Under the pieces are notes generated by a model. That model was given only the letters and a program-made list of their open reading frames with translations, did not search any database and had not been told where the DNA came from. From Candidatus Nanopelagicales bacterium (GTDB taxonomy: Bacteria > Actinomycetota > Actinomycetes > S36-B12): a stretch of 64,000 bases of DNA. The DNA lies in assembly GCA_017857175.1 (NCBI GenBank), contig JAFMDS010000004.1, positions 1,588 to 65,587 on the forward strand, read 5' to 3'. A program made the translations under genes and the position numbers. Below are positions 1 through 8,782 of the stretch, one piece after another (the stretch's first letter is position 1; every line of letters starts with the position of its first letter).

Positions 1-866
1 TTTCCGTTGGGCCTGTTCGCACTGATGGTTTTCATGACTTGGTCACCGTATTTCATGCAATAGATCTGTGTGACACGATCACTGTCAGGGACAATGAAAA
101 CATAAGTGGTGCGGAATTTGGCATTACCGTGACGGGTGAAGGTGCACGATTTGTGCCGGAAGATGCATCCAACCTTGCCGTTAAAGCCGCCGCGTTGCTC
201 GCGCAACATCATGGAATCACGCGCACGGCGACTATTGAGATTGATAAGCGCATTCCGGTTGCAGGCGGAATGGCGGGCGGGTCCGCTGATGCTGCAGGAG
301 TCCTGATTGCATGTGATCGATTGTGGGAATTGCACACACCCATGACCGTGCTCGAACAATTAGCCGCCCAACTTGGTTCAGATATTCCCTTCTCATTGCA
401 CGGTGGGACTGCAATTGGAACAGGCAGGGGTGAAGTACTCAGTCCGGTTATTGCAACGGGAGAATTTCATTGGGTCATTGCCTTGATGGACGGTGGGCTC
501 TCAACTCCCAAGGTTTATGCCGAGTGCGATCGACTTCGAGCAGAAAACGTGCAGGCAGAAAATCAACCGAGTGTTTCTGAACCGTTGCTCATGGCGTTGC
601 GGCAAGGTGACCCTGAACTTTTAGCACGGTCACTGACCAATGATTTGCAGCCCGCTGCGATCTCACTCATGCCCAAACTCGGGCGTGTTATCGATACGGG
701 TTTAGAACTTGGTGCTCTGGCAGGAATTGTCTCGGGTAGTGGCCCAACGTGTGTTTTCTTGGCCAAAGACAAAGATGCCTCCATTGGGCTGGCTGCAGAA
801 CTGGCAGGAAGTGGCGTGTGTCGCACCGTTCGCACGGCTTCGGGTCCGGTTCAAGGACCTAGGTAG
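1..866 (+). CDS. ispE: 4-diphosphocytidyl-2-C-methyl-D-erythritol kinase (IspE), 5'-truncated by window edge
   Basis: The frame is open from base 3 (SVGPVRTDGFHDLVTVFHAID...), so the ORF-track ATG at 39 is internal. GHMP-kinase ATP motif PVAGGMAGGSADAAG. Stop TAG at 864-866. Confidence 0.9.
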   Translation, partial: SVGPVRTDGFHDLVTVFHAIDLCDTITVRDNENISGAEFGITVTGEGARFVPEDASNLAVKAAALLAQHHGITRTATIEIDKRIPVAGGMAGGSADAAGVLIACDRLWELHTPMTVLEQLAAQLGSDIPFSLHGGTAIGTGRGEVLSPVIATGEFHWVIALMDGGLSTPKVYAECDRLRAENVQAENQPSVSEPLLMALRQGDPELLARSLTNDLQPAAISLMPKLGRVIDTGLELGALAGIVSGSGPTCVFLAKDKDASIGLAAELAGSGVCRTVRTASGPVQGPR

Positions 867-869
867 CTC

Positions 870-1280
870 CTATACCGTGACCTCAATGACATTGAGGTCA
901 TCGATCCCTGAAAAGTCTTTTGGGTTTCTCGTGTACAGAGGAATCTGATTTGCCAGGGCGGTTGCCGCAATGAGCGCGTCGAATGCTTTTGCCTTTGATT
1001 TTGTACCGTTCTTGCGCAGTGTAAAAGCAATGGATGCAAATTGCCTTGCGCATTGATCATCAAAACTGAGAGGACTAAAACTAGCCTCTACCTGCTGCAC
1101 GAGGCGCTGCCGCTTCAGTTGCTCACCTTTGGTTTTGGCCACTAATGGACCAACACTCAATTCAGCCAGAGTAATCACACTGATGACAGGCAATACAGGG
1201 AGATCTTGTGCGTTCTTAACAAGGTGAAGATCGATGACAAGACATGTGTCAAGCAGACCAACTGAGGTTTGGTTGCTCAC
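870..1280 (-). CDS. vapC: PIN-domain toxin (VapC-type) of a type II toxin-antitoxin pair
   Basis: 136 aa. PIN-like N-terminus GLLDTCLVIDL plus later acidic residues. 4-bp ATGA overlap with the upstream antitoxin gene. Only 3 nt separate its stop from the ispE stop. Confidence 0.85.
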   Translation of the reverse strand: MSNQTSVGLLDTCLVIDLHLVKNAQDLPVLPVISVITLAELSVGPLVAKTKGEQLKRQRLVQQVEASFSPLSFDDQCARQFASIAFTLRKNGTKSKAKAFDALIAATALANQIPLYTRNPKDFSGIDDLNVIEVTV

Positions 1281-1513
1281 AATTCGAGGTCCATGACTTC
1301 AGAGATATCTGCGCGTAACGCAGCGGCATCAACTTCAGGAGCCCCCCGCCACTTTTCGAGCAATGCGTGGGCATTGAGTCCGCTCCCTTGCAGTGGCCGC
1401 AGTTCCGCCACCGGTTTGCCATCACGTGTAATGGTCATGGTTTCGCCTCTCTCAACGGAATCAAGAACCTGACCACCGTAATTGCGCAATTCCCGCACAG
1501 ACACCGTTCCCAT
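1277..1513 (-). CDS. vapB: Phd/YefM-type antitoxin (VapB role)
   Basis: 78 aa. N-terminus VSVRELRNYGGQVLDSVERGETMTITRDGKPVAELRP is typical of prevent-host-death family antitoxins. Overlaps the toxin gene start. Confidence 0.85.
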   Translation of the reverse strand: MGTVSVRELRNYGGQVLDSVERGETMTITRDGKPVAELRPLQGSGLNAHALLEKWRGAPEVDAAALRADISEVMDLEL

Positions 1514-1519
1514 TTGGTC

Positions 1520-1538
1520 AGTGTATCACCGGTGATAC
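1520..1538 (-). promoter_or_regulatory. Perfect 16-bp palindrome overlapping a -10-like box directly upstream of vapB (candidate autoregulatory operator / leaderless promoter)
   Basis: GTATCACCGGTGATAC at 1523-1538. On the minus strand TACACT (1520-1525) lies exactly 6 nt before the ATG at 1513. No Shine-Dalgarno sequence is present. Confidence 0.6.
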
Positions 1539-1599
1539 GGATTGGACACCTGTGGAAAACCTGATTTTTTTATGACTCGATTGAGTCTCAGGTGTCTGA

Positions 1600-2103
1600 C
1601 TAAAACTGCCCCAACAGGTTGCGCAATTGCTGGGCAAGATCTGTCCGATCCCTCAGACTGAGTCCGGCCAAAATCTCAGACTCCTTGGCGAGTAAGTCAG
1701 TGAGCGCGCCATCGACAGCGCCTTTTCCAGCGTCTGTGAGTTGCACCTGAACGCCACGACGGTCATGTGGATCAGGAAATCGCGTGACAAGTTCTCGCTC
1801 GAGAAGTCGATCGACGCGCGTGGTCATGGTTCCGCTGGTGACGTGGGTTGCTTGCGCCAATGCACCGGGGGAGAGAGCAAATGGTTTGCCCACGCGGCGC
1901 AGGGCGGCAAGAACATCGAATTCCCATGAGTCCAGACCATGGTCCCTAAATGCTTGTGCTCGAGCGGAATCCAAATGGCTGGAGATGCGAGAAATGCGGG
2001 AAAGCACTTCCAATGGCGAGACATCAAGGTCGGGCCGTTGCTCACGCCATGCGGTAACAATCAGGTCAACTTCATCGCGTGCCGGTTCGCCTGATTGAGC
2101 CAT
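1600..2103 (-). CDS. MarR family transcriptional regulator
   Basis: 167 aa. Winged-helix MarR pattern (WEFDVLAALRRVGKPFALSPGALAQATHVTSGTMTTRVDRLLERELVTR). Confidence 0.9.
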   Translation of the reverse strand: MAQSGEPARDEVDLIVTAWREQRPDLDVSPLEVLSRISRISSHLDSARAQAFRDHGLDSWEFDVLAALRRVGKPFALSPGALAQATHVTSGTMTTRVDRLLERELVTRFPDPHDRRGVQVQLTDAGKGAVDGALTDLLAKESEILAGLSLRDRTDLAQQLRNLLGQF

Positions 2104-2109
2104 GGCGCA

Positions 2110-2145
2110 AGTCTACGTCAAGATTCTTGACGTCAAGAATCTTGA
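2110..2145 (-). promoter_or_regulatory. Tandem palindromic operator pair plus -10-like box for marR
   Basis: TCAAGATTCTTGA (2118-2130) and TCAAGAATCTTGA (2133-2145). The minus-strand TAGACT box (2110-2115) is 6 nt upstream of the marR ATG (2103). Confidence 0.6.
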
Positions 2146-2146
2146 T

Positions 2147-2851
2147 TCAGCTCAGTCGGGGCTTCGGGTCCAGGTGGGCAAGTCCGTTCCAAGCGAGGTT
2201 AACCACGTTGGCCACGACTTCTTCCTTTTTTGGCTTGCGCACATCAAGCCACCACTGGCCGGTGAATGCGACCATGCCCACGAGCATTTGGGCATACATG
2301 GGAGCGACTTTTTCATTGAAACCGTGGGCTTTGAATTCCGCAGCGAGGACGTGCTCCACCTGGCTGGCAATATCAATGATCAAACTTGCAAATGAACCTG
2401 TTTGTTGGGCAACGGGGGAGTCGCGCACCAGAATGCGAAAACCCTGCGGGTTGCTATCGATGTAATTGAACAAAGCCATGCCTGCTTGTTCAACAAGTTG
2501 GCGTGCCGAGCCTGCGGTCAGAGAGTCCGTGATTGAGTCGAGTAATGCGTTCATCTCACGATCAACAACAACAGCGTAAAGGCCCTCTTTGCCCCCAAAG
2601 TGTTCGTAGACAACGGGCTTAGAAACATTCGCTTTGGCGGCAATTTCTTCAACCGTCACCGATTCAAAGCCCTTTTCAGAGAAGAGTTTGCGCCCAACAT
2701 TAAGTAGCTGCTCCCGGCGTTCCTGGCCGGTCATGCGAACTTTGGAGCCCGCGCTTTTGCGAACCGCTACGGGAACAGCACTGGACGTTGCGGCACGAAG
2801 CTCCACTATCGGTGCAAGTCCCGCATCCTCTTGAGCATCGTCAATGTTCAC
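2147..2851 (-). CDS. TetR/AcrR family transcriptional regulator
   Basis: 234 aa. N-terminal TetR HTH (RREQLLNVGRKLFSEKGFESVTVEEIAAKANVSKPVVYEHFGGKEGLY). Lies 11 nt downstream of the desaturase gene on the same strand. Confidence 0.9.
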   Translation of the reverse strand: MNIDDAQEDAGLAPIVELRAATSSAVPVAVRKSAGSKVRMTGQERREQLLNVGRKLFSEKGFESVTVEEIAAKANVSKPVVYEHFGGKEGLYAVVVDREMNALLDSITDSLTAGSARQLVEQAGMALFNYIDSNPQGFRILVRDSPVAQQTGSFASLIIDIASQVEHVLAAEFKAHGFNEKVAPMYAQMLVGMVAFTGQWWLDVRKPKKEEVVANVVNLAWNGLAHLDPKPRLS

Positions 2852-2862
2852 TGGGGGTGAGG

Positions 2863-3840
2863 TTACTCTCCGCGGTAACCACGAATGCGAAAACGGTCTT
2901 TCGGGTCTTTGAGTTTCTTTGCCAGACGCTCCGGCCTTGGCCAGCGAACATCGGTGGCAAGTCCGGTCTTTTCCATTCCCTTGATGATTCCAGCGCTCAC
3001 GTCAATTTGTCCTTTGAGAACACCATGGCGAGCAGAGGTTGGATCGACATGATGCAGGTTGTGCCACGACTCACCCATAGAGGGAATGGCAAGCCAGGCA
3101 ACATTGCTGGAGAGATCGCGCGATGTGAACGGGCGATTGCCAAATACGTGGCAGATGCTGTTGATGGACCAGGTCACGTGGTGAACGAATGCGATGCGAA
3201 CTAGGCCTGCCCAAAAGAATGCGGTGAGTGCGCCCATCCATGACCAGGTGATCAAGCCGCCAAGAATTCCAGGGATTAACAGGCTGGCAATTACGAAGAT
3301 GGAGAAGTGCTTGGACATCCAGTTCAGATCTTTATCCGCGGCGATATCGGGTGCGTACTTATCAATTCCCGTGTTATCACTTTCAAAAAGCCAACCGACA
3401 TGTGAGTAAAGCAAACCTCGTGCGATTGCTTTGCGCGATGTTCCAAAGCGCCAGGGTGAATGTGGGTCGCCGACTTCGTCGGAGAACTTGTGGTGCTTGC
3501 GGTGATCGGCAACCCATTGATCGAGGGAACCTTCAATGGCAAGTGAACCGCAAATAGCAAGAGCAACCTTGACACCACGGTTTGCTTTGAAGGATCCATG
3601 TGTGAAAAACCGGTGGTACCCGATGGTGATTCCGAGCGCAGTGAGTGCCCAGAGACCAATCGCGAGTGAAATATCGAGCCAGGAAACCCACCCGCCCCAC
3701 GCGACTGGAATTGCGGCGGCAACGGCGAGAAGCGGAAGAACAACAAAAGCGCCAATCGTGATTCGCATTGCTTTGCTGAGGTAAACGGCATCGTCTTGGT
3801 TCTCGTCAAAGACGATTTCCTCGGGCATCAATGCGGTCAT
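2863..3840 (-). CDS. Membrane acyl-CoA/acyl-lipid fatty-acid desaturase (Delta9-type, DesA3-like)
   Basis: 325 aa. Three histidine boxes (HRFFTH, HRKHHKFSD, HNLHH) and N-terminal transmembrane helices. Confidence 0.88.
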   Translation of the reverse strand: MTALMPEEIVFDENQDDAVYLSKAMRITIGAFVVLPLLAVAAAIPVAWGGWVSWLDISLAIGLWALTALGITIGYHRFFTHGSFKANRGVKVALAICGSLAIEGSLDQWVADHRKHHKFSDEVGDPHSPWRFGTSRKAIARGLLYSHVGWLFESDNTGIDKYAPDIAADKDLNWMSKHFSIFVIASLLIPGILGGLITWSWMGALTAFFWAGLVRIAFVHHVTWSINSICHVFGNRPFTSRDLSSNVAWLAIPSMGESWHNLHHVDPTSARHGVLKGQIDVSAGIIKGMEKTGLATDVRWPRPERLAKKLKDPKDRFRIRGYRGE

Positions 3841-3860
3841 GTGGTTCCTTTCGAGCGACG

Positions 3861-3900
3861 GTTAACTTACGCAAGCGTAACCTACGCTACCGTAACTTGC
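3861..3900 (-). promoter_or_regulatory. Array of alternating ACGC/GCGT half-sites upstream of the desaturase-TetR operon (candidate TetR operator)
   Basis: Overlapping inverted repeats: TTACGC-AA-GCGTAA (3867-3880), GCGTA-ACC-TACGC (3875-3887) and TACG-CTAC-CGTA (3883-3894). Flanked by TAACTT direct repeats at 3863 and 3893. Confidence 0.55.
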
Positions 3901-3974
3901 ACGGAGTGGGGGAAATTAGTGCAAGGCGAGTTATTCCAGCAATGAGACAACGCCTAGGCTGTGGGGCGCAGTAA

Positions 3975-4045
3975 TCCCGGGTCGTCTAGCGGCAGGACAG
4001 CGGACTTTGAATCCGTCAACGGAGGTTCGATCCCTCCCCCGGGAG
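3975..4045 (+). tRNA. tRNA-Gln (anticodon TTG)
   Basis: Manual cloverleaf: acceptor TCCCGGG/CCCGGGA; D-arm GTCT-AGCGGCA-GGAC; anticodon arm GCGGA-CTTTGAA-TCCGT; T-arm GGAGG-TTCGATC-CCTCC. No encoded CCA. Confidence 0.9.
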
Positions 4046-4100
4046 CTTTCATTTACCTGACATTGAGATGACACATCCGCGTGAGAGTTAGGCTAAGTCT

Positions 4101-5576
4101 GTGCGTCCTTCAGCAGTAATAATTCTTGCCGCAGGTGAAGGCACGCGCATGAAATCTGCCACTCCAAAGGTACTTCACCAGATTGCTGGTCGGTCCTTGC
4201 TCAACCATGTGATTGAAGCGGCCGCGGTGACTGAGCCGGAACACCTCATGATTGTTGTCGGCCATGGTTCAAACGCGGTCATTGAGCATCTCGAAGAAGT
4301 TGCTCCGTGGGTCAGCACAGTTGAACAAACGGAGCGACGAGGAACAGGTCATGCCGTGCGGATAGCACTCACCGCACTGGTTGAAGCAGGGGTCTCACTT
4401 GATGGGGGACCGGTCGTCGTTTTGACCGGCGATACACCGCTGCTTACGGGCACAACGTTGTTGCAACTGCTCTCCGCACATGAGTCCCACAGTGCTCAAG
4501 CCACAATTTTGACGGCTGAACTCGATGACCCCTTCGGTTACGGACGCATCCTGCGCGATGGTTCGAGGGTGAGCGGAATCGTTGAGGAAAAAGATGCCAC
4601 TGATGAGCAGAGACTCATCAACGAAATCAACTCTGGCATGTATGCCTTTTCAGCAGAATCGATAGTCGGGTCGATTAATTCGCTGACAACTGACAACTCA
4701 CAGTCCGAGGAGTACCTCACTGACGTCATTGAATTAATTGCAACTGGTGGGGGAGTGGTCCTTGGCGTGGTAGCACCCGACAGCAATGACATTTTGGGTA
4801 TCAATGACCGAGTTCAGTTGGCTGATGCCGCAGCAATCATGCGTGATCGCATCAATGAACGCTGGATGCGATCTGGTGTGAGCATCCTTGATTCATCGAG
4901 CACATGGATTGATGTCGATGTTGATATCGCGCCTGATGCCACCGTCTTGCCGCAATCGGTTTTACGTGGACCAACCTCCATTGAGACCGGCGCTGAGATT
5001 GGACCTGGAACAACGCTTATTTCCTGCGAGGTGGGAGAAAGCGCGGTAGTTCGTCACACCTGGGCAGAACTTGCTGTCATTGGTCAGTCAGCCAATGTTG
5101 GCCCCTACACATATTTGCGCCCGGGAACAGTGATCGGTGCTCGCGGTAAAGCTGGGGCATTTGTTGAAATGAAGAATTCGCAACTCGGTGACGGATCCAA
5201 GGTTCCGCACCTGTCTTATGTGGGTGATGCCACCATCGGTGAAGGTTCCAACATAGGTGCAGGAACGGTTTTTGTGAACTACGACGGAGTGAACAAGCAC
5301 CACACTGTTGTGGGCGATGGCGTGCGCATTGGCTCCGACAACATGATTGTTGCCCCGGTTGAGATTGGCAATGGCGCCTACACGGCGGCTGGCTCCGTGA
5401 TCACCGATGATGTTCCGCCGGGCGCCATGGCGGTCGCCCGAGCAAAGCAGCGCAATGTTGAGGGTTGGGTGCAGCGCAAGCGTCCTGGGACGGTATCGGC
5501 GGAGGCGGCGCAAACCTCGCAAGATGACTCTGAAAGGCTATCCCCAACTTCCCCTGAAAACTCGCTCGATAATTAG
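4101..5576 (+). CDS. glmU: Bifunctional UDP-N-acetylglucosamine pyrophosphorylase / GlcN-1-P acetyltransferase
   Basis: 491 aa. LAAGEGTRMKS nucleotidyltransferase motif and C-terminal hexapeptide (left-handed beta-helix) repeats. The GTG start is 6 nt after TAGGCT (4089-4094). Confidence 0.95.
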   Translation: MRPSAVIILAAGEGTRMKSATPKVLHQIAGRSLLNHVIEAAAVTEPEHLMIVVGHGSNAVIEHLEEVAPWVSTVEQTERRGTGHAVRIALTALVEAGVSLDGGPVVVLTGDTPLLTGTTLLQLLSAHESHSAQATILTAELDDPFGYGRILRDGSRVSGIVEEKDATDEQRLINEINSGMYAFSAESIVGSINSLTTDNSQSEEYLTDVIELIATGGGVVLGVVAPDSNDILGINDRVQLADAAAIMRDRINERWMRSGVSILDSSSTWIDVDVDIAPDATVLPQSVLRGPTSIETGAEIGPGTTLISCEVGESAVVRHTWAELAVIGQSANVGPYTYLRPGTVIGARGKAGAFVEMKNSQLGDGSKVPHLSYVGDATIGEGSNIGAGTVFVNYDGVNKHHTVVGDGVRIGSDNMIVAPVEIGNGAYTAAGSVITDDVPPGAMAVARAKQRNVEGWVQRKRPGTVSAEAAQTSQDDSERLSPTSPENSLDN

Positions 5577-5627
5577 TACGGTGCCCGGTAAATCGATGAG
5601 TAAGTACCCAAACATGAAGGTGGAGTA

Positions 5628-6629
5628 GTGGCCGAGAAGTCAGTCCCAACGCAAAAGCATCTCCTACTCTTGGCGGGCCGTTCGCACCCGGAACTCGCTG
5701 ATGCGGTTGCTGAGCACCTCGGCATTGACCTCACACCAGTCACGGCACATGACTTTGCCAACGGTGAAATATTTGTTCGATTCCGCGAGTCAGTGCGCGG
5801 TGGTGACGCATTTGTGCTTCAAAGTCACACCACACCTATTAATAAGTGGATCATGGAGCAGTTGATCATGATCGATGCCCTTAAGCGGGCATCTGCTAAA
5901 CGCATAACGGTGATTGTCCCTTTCTACGGATACGCCCGTCAGGACAAGAAGCATCGCGGACGCGAGCCAATCTCGGCCCGCCTGATGGCCGACCTTTTCA
6001 AAACTGCGGGCGCAGATCGCCTGATGACCGTTGACCTGCATACCTCACAGATCCAAGGCTTTTTTGACGGTCCCGTTGACCATCTCTTTGCTTTGCCGCT
6101 CTTGGCATCGCATGTTGCAAATAAAGTTGACCGATCAAAGATCACTGTTGTTTCGCCCGATGCGGGACGCGTTCGGGTCGCCGAGCGCTGGACAGATGTT
6201 TTGGGCGCTCCGCTGGCGATCATTCACAAGCGCCGCGATCCCGACATTCCCAATCAGGTTCGGGTGCTTGAAGTCGTGGGTGATGTCAAAGACCGCGTTT
6301 GCGTCGTGGTCGACGACATGATCGACACCGGTGGAACAATTGTTAAGGCGTCGGAGACCCTGTTCGAGAATGGTGCATCTGAGGTCATAGTCGCGGCAAC
6401 ACATGGAATCCTGAGTGATCCGGCGCGTGAGCGCCTCCAAGAATCACGTATCAGTGAGGTCATAGTCACCGACACTCTTCCGATCCCTGAAGAGCATCGA
6501 TTCGAGAAACTCACAGTGCTCTCCATTGCCCCATTGCTGGCCACGGCAATCAATGAGGTGTTCACCGATGGCTCGGTGACCAAAATGTTCGAGGATGAAG
6601 AATTAGGTCAGGCGCCCTCCTCGCACTAG
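5628..6629 (+). CDS. prs: Ribose-phosphate pyrophosphokinase
   Basis: 333 aa. Motifs DLHTSQIQGFF and VVDDMIDTGGT. SD AAGGTGGAG upstream of the GTG start. Confidence 0.95.
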   Translation: MAEKSVPTQKHLLLLAGRSHPELADAVAEHLGIDLTPVTAHDFANGEIFVRFRESVRGGDAFVLQSHTTPINKWIMEQLIMIDALKRASAKRITVIVPFYGYARQDKKHRGREPISARLMADLFKTAGADRLMTVDLHTSQIQGFFDGPVDHLFALPLLASHVANKVDRSKITVVSPDAGRVRVAERWTDVLGAPLAIIHKRRDPDIPNQVRVLEVVGDVKDRVCVVVDDMIDTGGTIVKASETLFENGASEVIVAATHGILSDPARERLQESRISEVIVTDTLPIPEEHRFEKLTVLSIAPLLATAINEVFTDGSVTKMFEDEELGQAPSSH

Positions 6630-6752
6630 GGATTTTCCCCCGCGCTAGACTCCATGGGTTCCTCGGCGAGGGTGCGTAGTTCACCGTTATCGACGTGGTG
6701 GCTTAACTGGCCTCTCCTTGGTGCGACTCGCAACTTTTAACTAGGAGAAATC

Positions 6753-7319
6753 GTGACTAACGTCAATTTGACCGCTTCCCCCCGCTCAGAATTCGGCAAG
6801 GGTGCGGCTCGCCGTATTCGCCGTGGTGGACAAGTTCCCGCAGTGATCTACGGCACGGATACCGCTCTCATGCACGTGACACTGCCTACTCACGAACTGG
6901 CACTTGCCCTGCGCAAGCCCCGCGTTGTGTTGAACATTGATTTTGATGGCCAGACCTACCTGACCAAGCCGCGCGATATCCAGCGCGATGTTGTTCGCTT
7001 GGACATTGAGCACGTTGACCTGATCGTGATCAGCAAGAAGGAAGCAGCATTGCGAAGTGACTATGCAGATGCAGTCGCCCAGGTCCACACCGCTGCTGAA
7101 GAAGCTGGTCTTGATGTTGCCATGGTTCTCCAGGCGTTTGAGGCATCTGTTGCTGAAGGCGAACTGCCCCTAGATGCAGTAGGCCACGCAGTCGCAGACG
7201 CAAGGGAGAAGGCACTTGAACTGGCCGCGTCTGCTGCTGCATCCGGTGCCGCTGAAGACGCTGCTGCCGCTGCAGGCGACGAGGCAGCCGCACCGGCAGA
7301 ACCTGCCGCCGCAGAGTAA
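6753..7319 (+). CDS. rplY: 50S ribosomal protein L25 / general stress protein Ctc
   Basis: 188 aa. N-terminus RSEFGKGAARRIRRGGQVPAVIYG with an Ala/Glu-rich C-terminal tail. SD AGGAGA. Confidence 0.93.
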   Translation: MTNVNLTASPRSEFGKGAARRIRRGGQVPAVIYGTDTALMHVTLPTHELALALRKPRVVLNIDFDGQTYLTKPRDIQRDVVRLDIEHVDLIVISKKEAALRSDYADAVAQVHTAAEEAGLDVAMVLQAFEASVAEGELPLDAVGHAVADAREKALELAASAAASGAAEDAAAAAGDEAAAPAEPAAAE

Positions 7320-7333
7320 GTGACTGCGCTTAA

Positions 7334-7918
7334 GTGACTTGGCTTGTTGTGGGACTGGGTAATCCCGGTCCCACATACACCGCCACCCGCCACAATGTTG
7401 GTGCGATGGTTGTCGAAACATTCGCCAAACGCGAATCAGTCACACTCTCACGCCATAAGCGGGCACTCGCACATGTCGCTGAGACTCAGGTCGGTGCACC
7501 CGGTGACGTCAGTCGCCAGAAGGTTGTTTTAGCGATCCCGATGTCGTTCATGAATGAAAGTGGTGGGCCGGTAAAAGCCCTCATGGACTTCTACAACGTG
7601 GAACCCGAAAATCTGGTCATTGTTCATGACGAACTTGATATCGAATTTGCCACGCTGCGGATCAAATTTGGTGGTGGCGATAACGGCCACAATGGACTCA
7701 AGAGCATCAGGGGAGCGATCGGCACGGGTGAATATTTTCGTGAGCGAGTGGGAATTGGCCGACCTATTGGCCGACAGGCTCCCGCCGATTTCGTGTTATC
7801 TCAATTCAGCTCAACCGAACGCAAAGATCTCACTGAATTGTTGGATCGCAGCGTGGATGCTCTCGAGATGCTCATGCTTCAAGGTTTGGAAAAAACCCAA
7901 AGCCAATTTAATAGTTAA
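7334..7918 (+). CDS. pth: Peptidyl-tRNA hydrolase
   Basis: 194 aa. Signature WLVVGLGNPGPTYTATRHNVG. Confidence 0.95.
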   Translation: MTWLVVGLGNPGPTYTATRHNVGAMVVETFAKRESVTLSRHKRALAHVAETQVGAPGDVSRQKVVLAIPMSFMNESGGPVKALMDFYNVEPENLVIVHDELDIEFATLRIKFGGGDNGHNGLKSIRGAIGTGEYFRERVGIGRPIGRQAPADFVLSQFSSTERKDLTELLDRSVDALEMLMLQGLEKTQSQFNS

Positions 7919-7951
7919 TAAATTTCGCTAGTAAAGAAAGTTGGAGCACAC

Positions 7952-8782
7952 GTGAGTTCAATGTCTGATGACGAGTTGTCGAGAACAGTTGCTCAAGAAG
8001 CAGGAAAGTTGCTGCTTGCTCTCCGTGAGGATTTCTTTGCCACCCGTTCCGCTGAGAACATCGACAAAACGGTGAGTGATCTACTGCGTGACCAAGCAGA
8101 TCGCGCTGCCCACCTGTTTATCATGGACAAACTCAGCACTGCTCGGCCAAATGATGCAATCCTGAGTGAAGAAGGCAAAGATAACGACGACCGCCTCAGT
8201 GCGGAGCGAGTCTGGATTGTCGATCCCCTTGACGGCACGTGGGAGTACGGCCAAAACAGAAAAGACTTTGCCGTTCACATTGCGCTTTGGCATTCAGGTG
8301 AACAGAGGCTCAGCGCAGGAACCGTGGATCTTCCCGCACAGTCATTAACCAGGTCGGTGCTGGATTCTGATTCCAATGAACAGGATGTGTACACCTCAGA
8401 ACGCATTATTCGAGTTGTGGCCTCCCGCTCTCGGCCACCCAAGACACTTGCCGCAACGGTTGCACGACTGAGTGAAATTCTGCGTGAAGAGGGAATTGCA
8501 CACCAGTCGATTGAAGTCGTTGATGTTGGTTCAGTGGGTGCAAAAGTCAATGAGATCCTTTTAGGTCGTGCGGATATATATCTCCATGACACGGGATTCT
8601 TTGAGTGGGATGTTGCTGCTCCCTATGTTGTTGCTGAACACTATGGGCTCGTGGCTTCTCACATGAATGGCGAACCTGTGACGTTCAATCACATGCCGCC
8701 CTATGTCACTGATTTGGTAGTTTCCCGAGCTGCGCTGTACCCGTATGTCATTCAAGCACTCCGGCAGTCACAAGACGCGTGA
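7952..8782 (+). CDS. cysQ: Inositol-monophosphatase-fold 3'(2'),5'-bisphosphate nucleotidase (CysQ-like)
   Basis: 276 aa. Metal-binding motifs SEEGKD and WIVDPLDGTWEY. GTG start with a GGAG SD. Confidence 0.75.
   Translation: MSSMSDDELSRTVAQEAGKLLLALREDFFATRSAENIDKTVSDLLRDQADRAAHLFIMDKLSTARPNDAILSEEGKDNDDRLSAERVWIVDPLDGTWEYGQNRKDFAVHIALWHSGEQRLSAGTVDLPAQSLTRSVLDSDSNEQDVYTSERIIRVVASRSRPPKTLAATVARLSEILREEGIAHQSIEVVDVGSVGAKVNEILLGRADIYLHDTGFFEWDVAAPYVVAEHYGLVASHMNGEPVTFNHMPPYVTDLVVSRAALYPYVIQALRQSQDA

Noticed and set aside
1561-1599. Hairpin GACTC-GATT-GAGTC next to a T7 run downstream of marR, considered as an intrinsic terminator.
   Set aside because: On the marR (minus) strand the hairpin is followed by A residues, not U residues. 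On the plus strand the T-run precedes the stem. The 5-bp stem is also weak.
6630-6752. Roughly 95-nt putative 5' UTR of rplY (after the TAGACT box at about 6647), considered as an L25 autoregulatory leader.
   Set aside because: It contains only short palindromes (CCTCG-G-CGAGG, GCGA-C-TCGC) that cannot form stable hairpins. I cannot recognise a defined structure without folding or covariation analysis.
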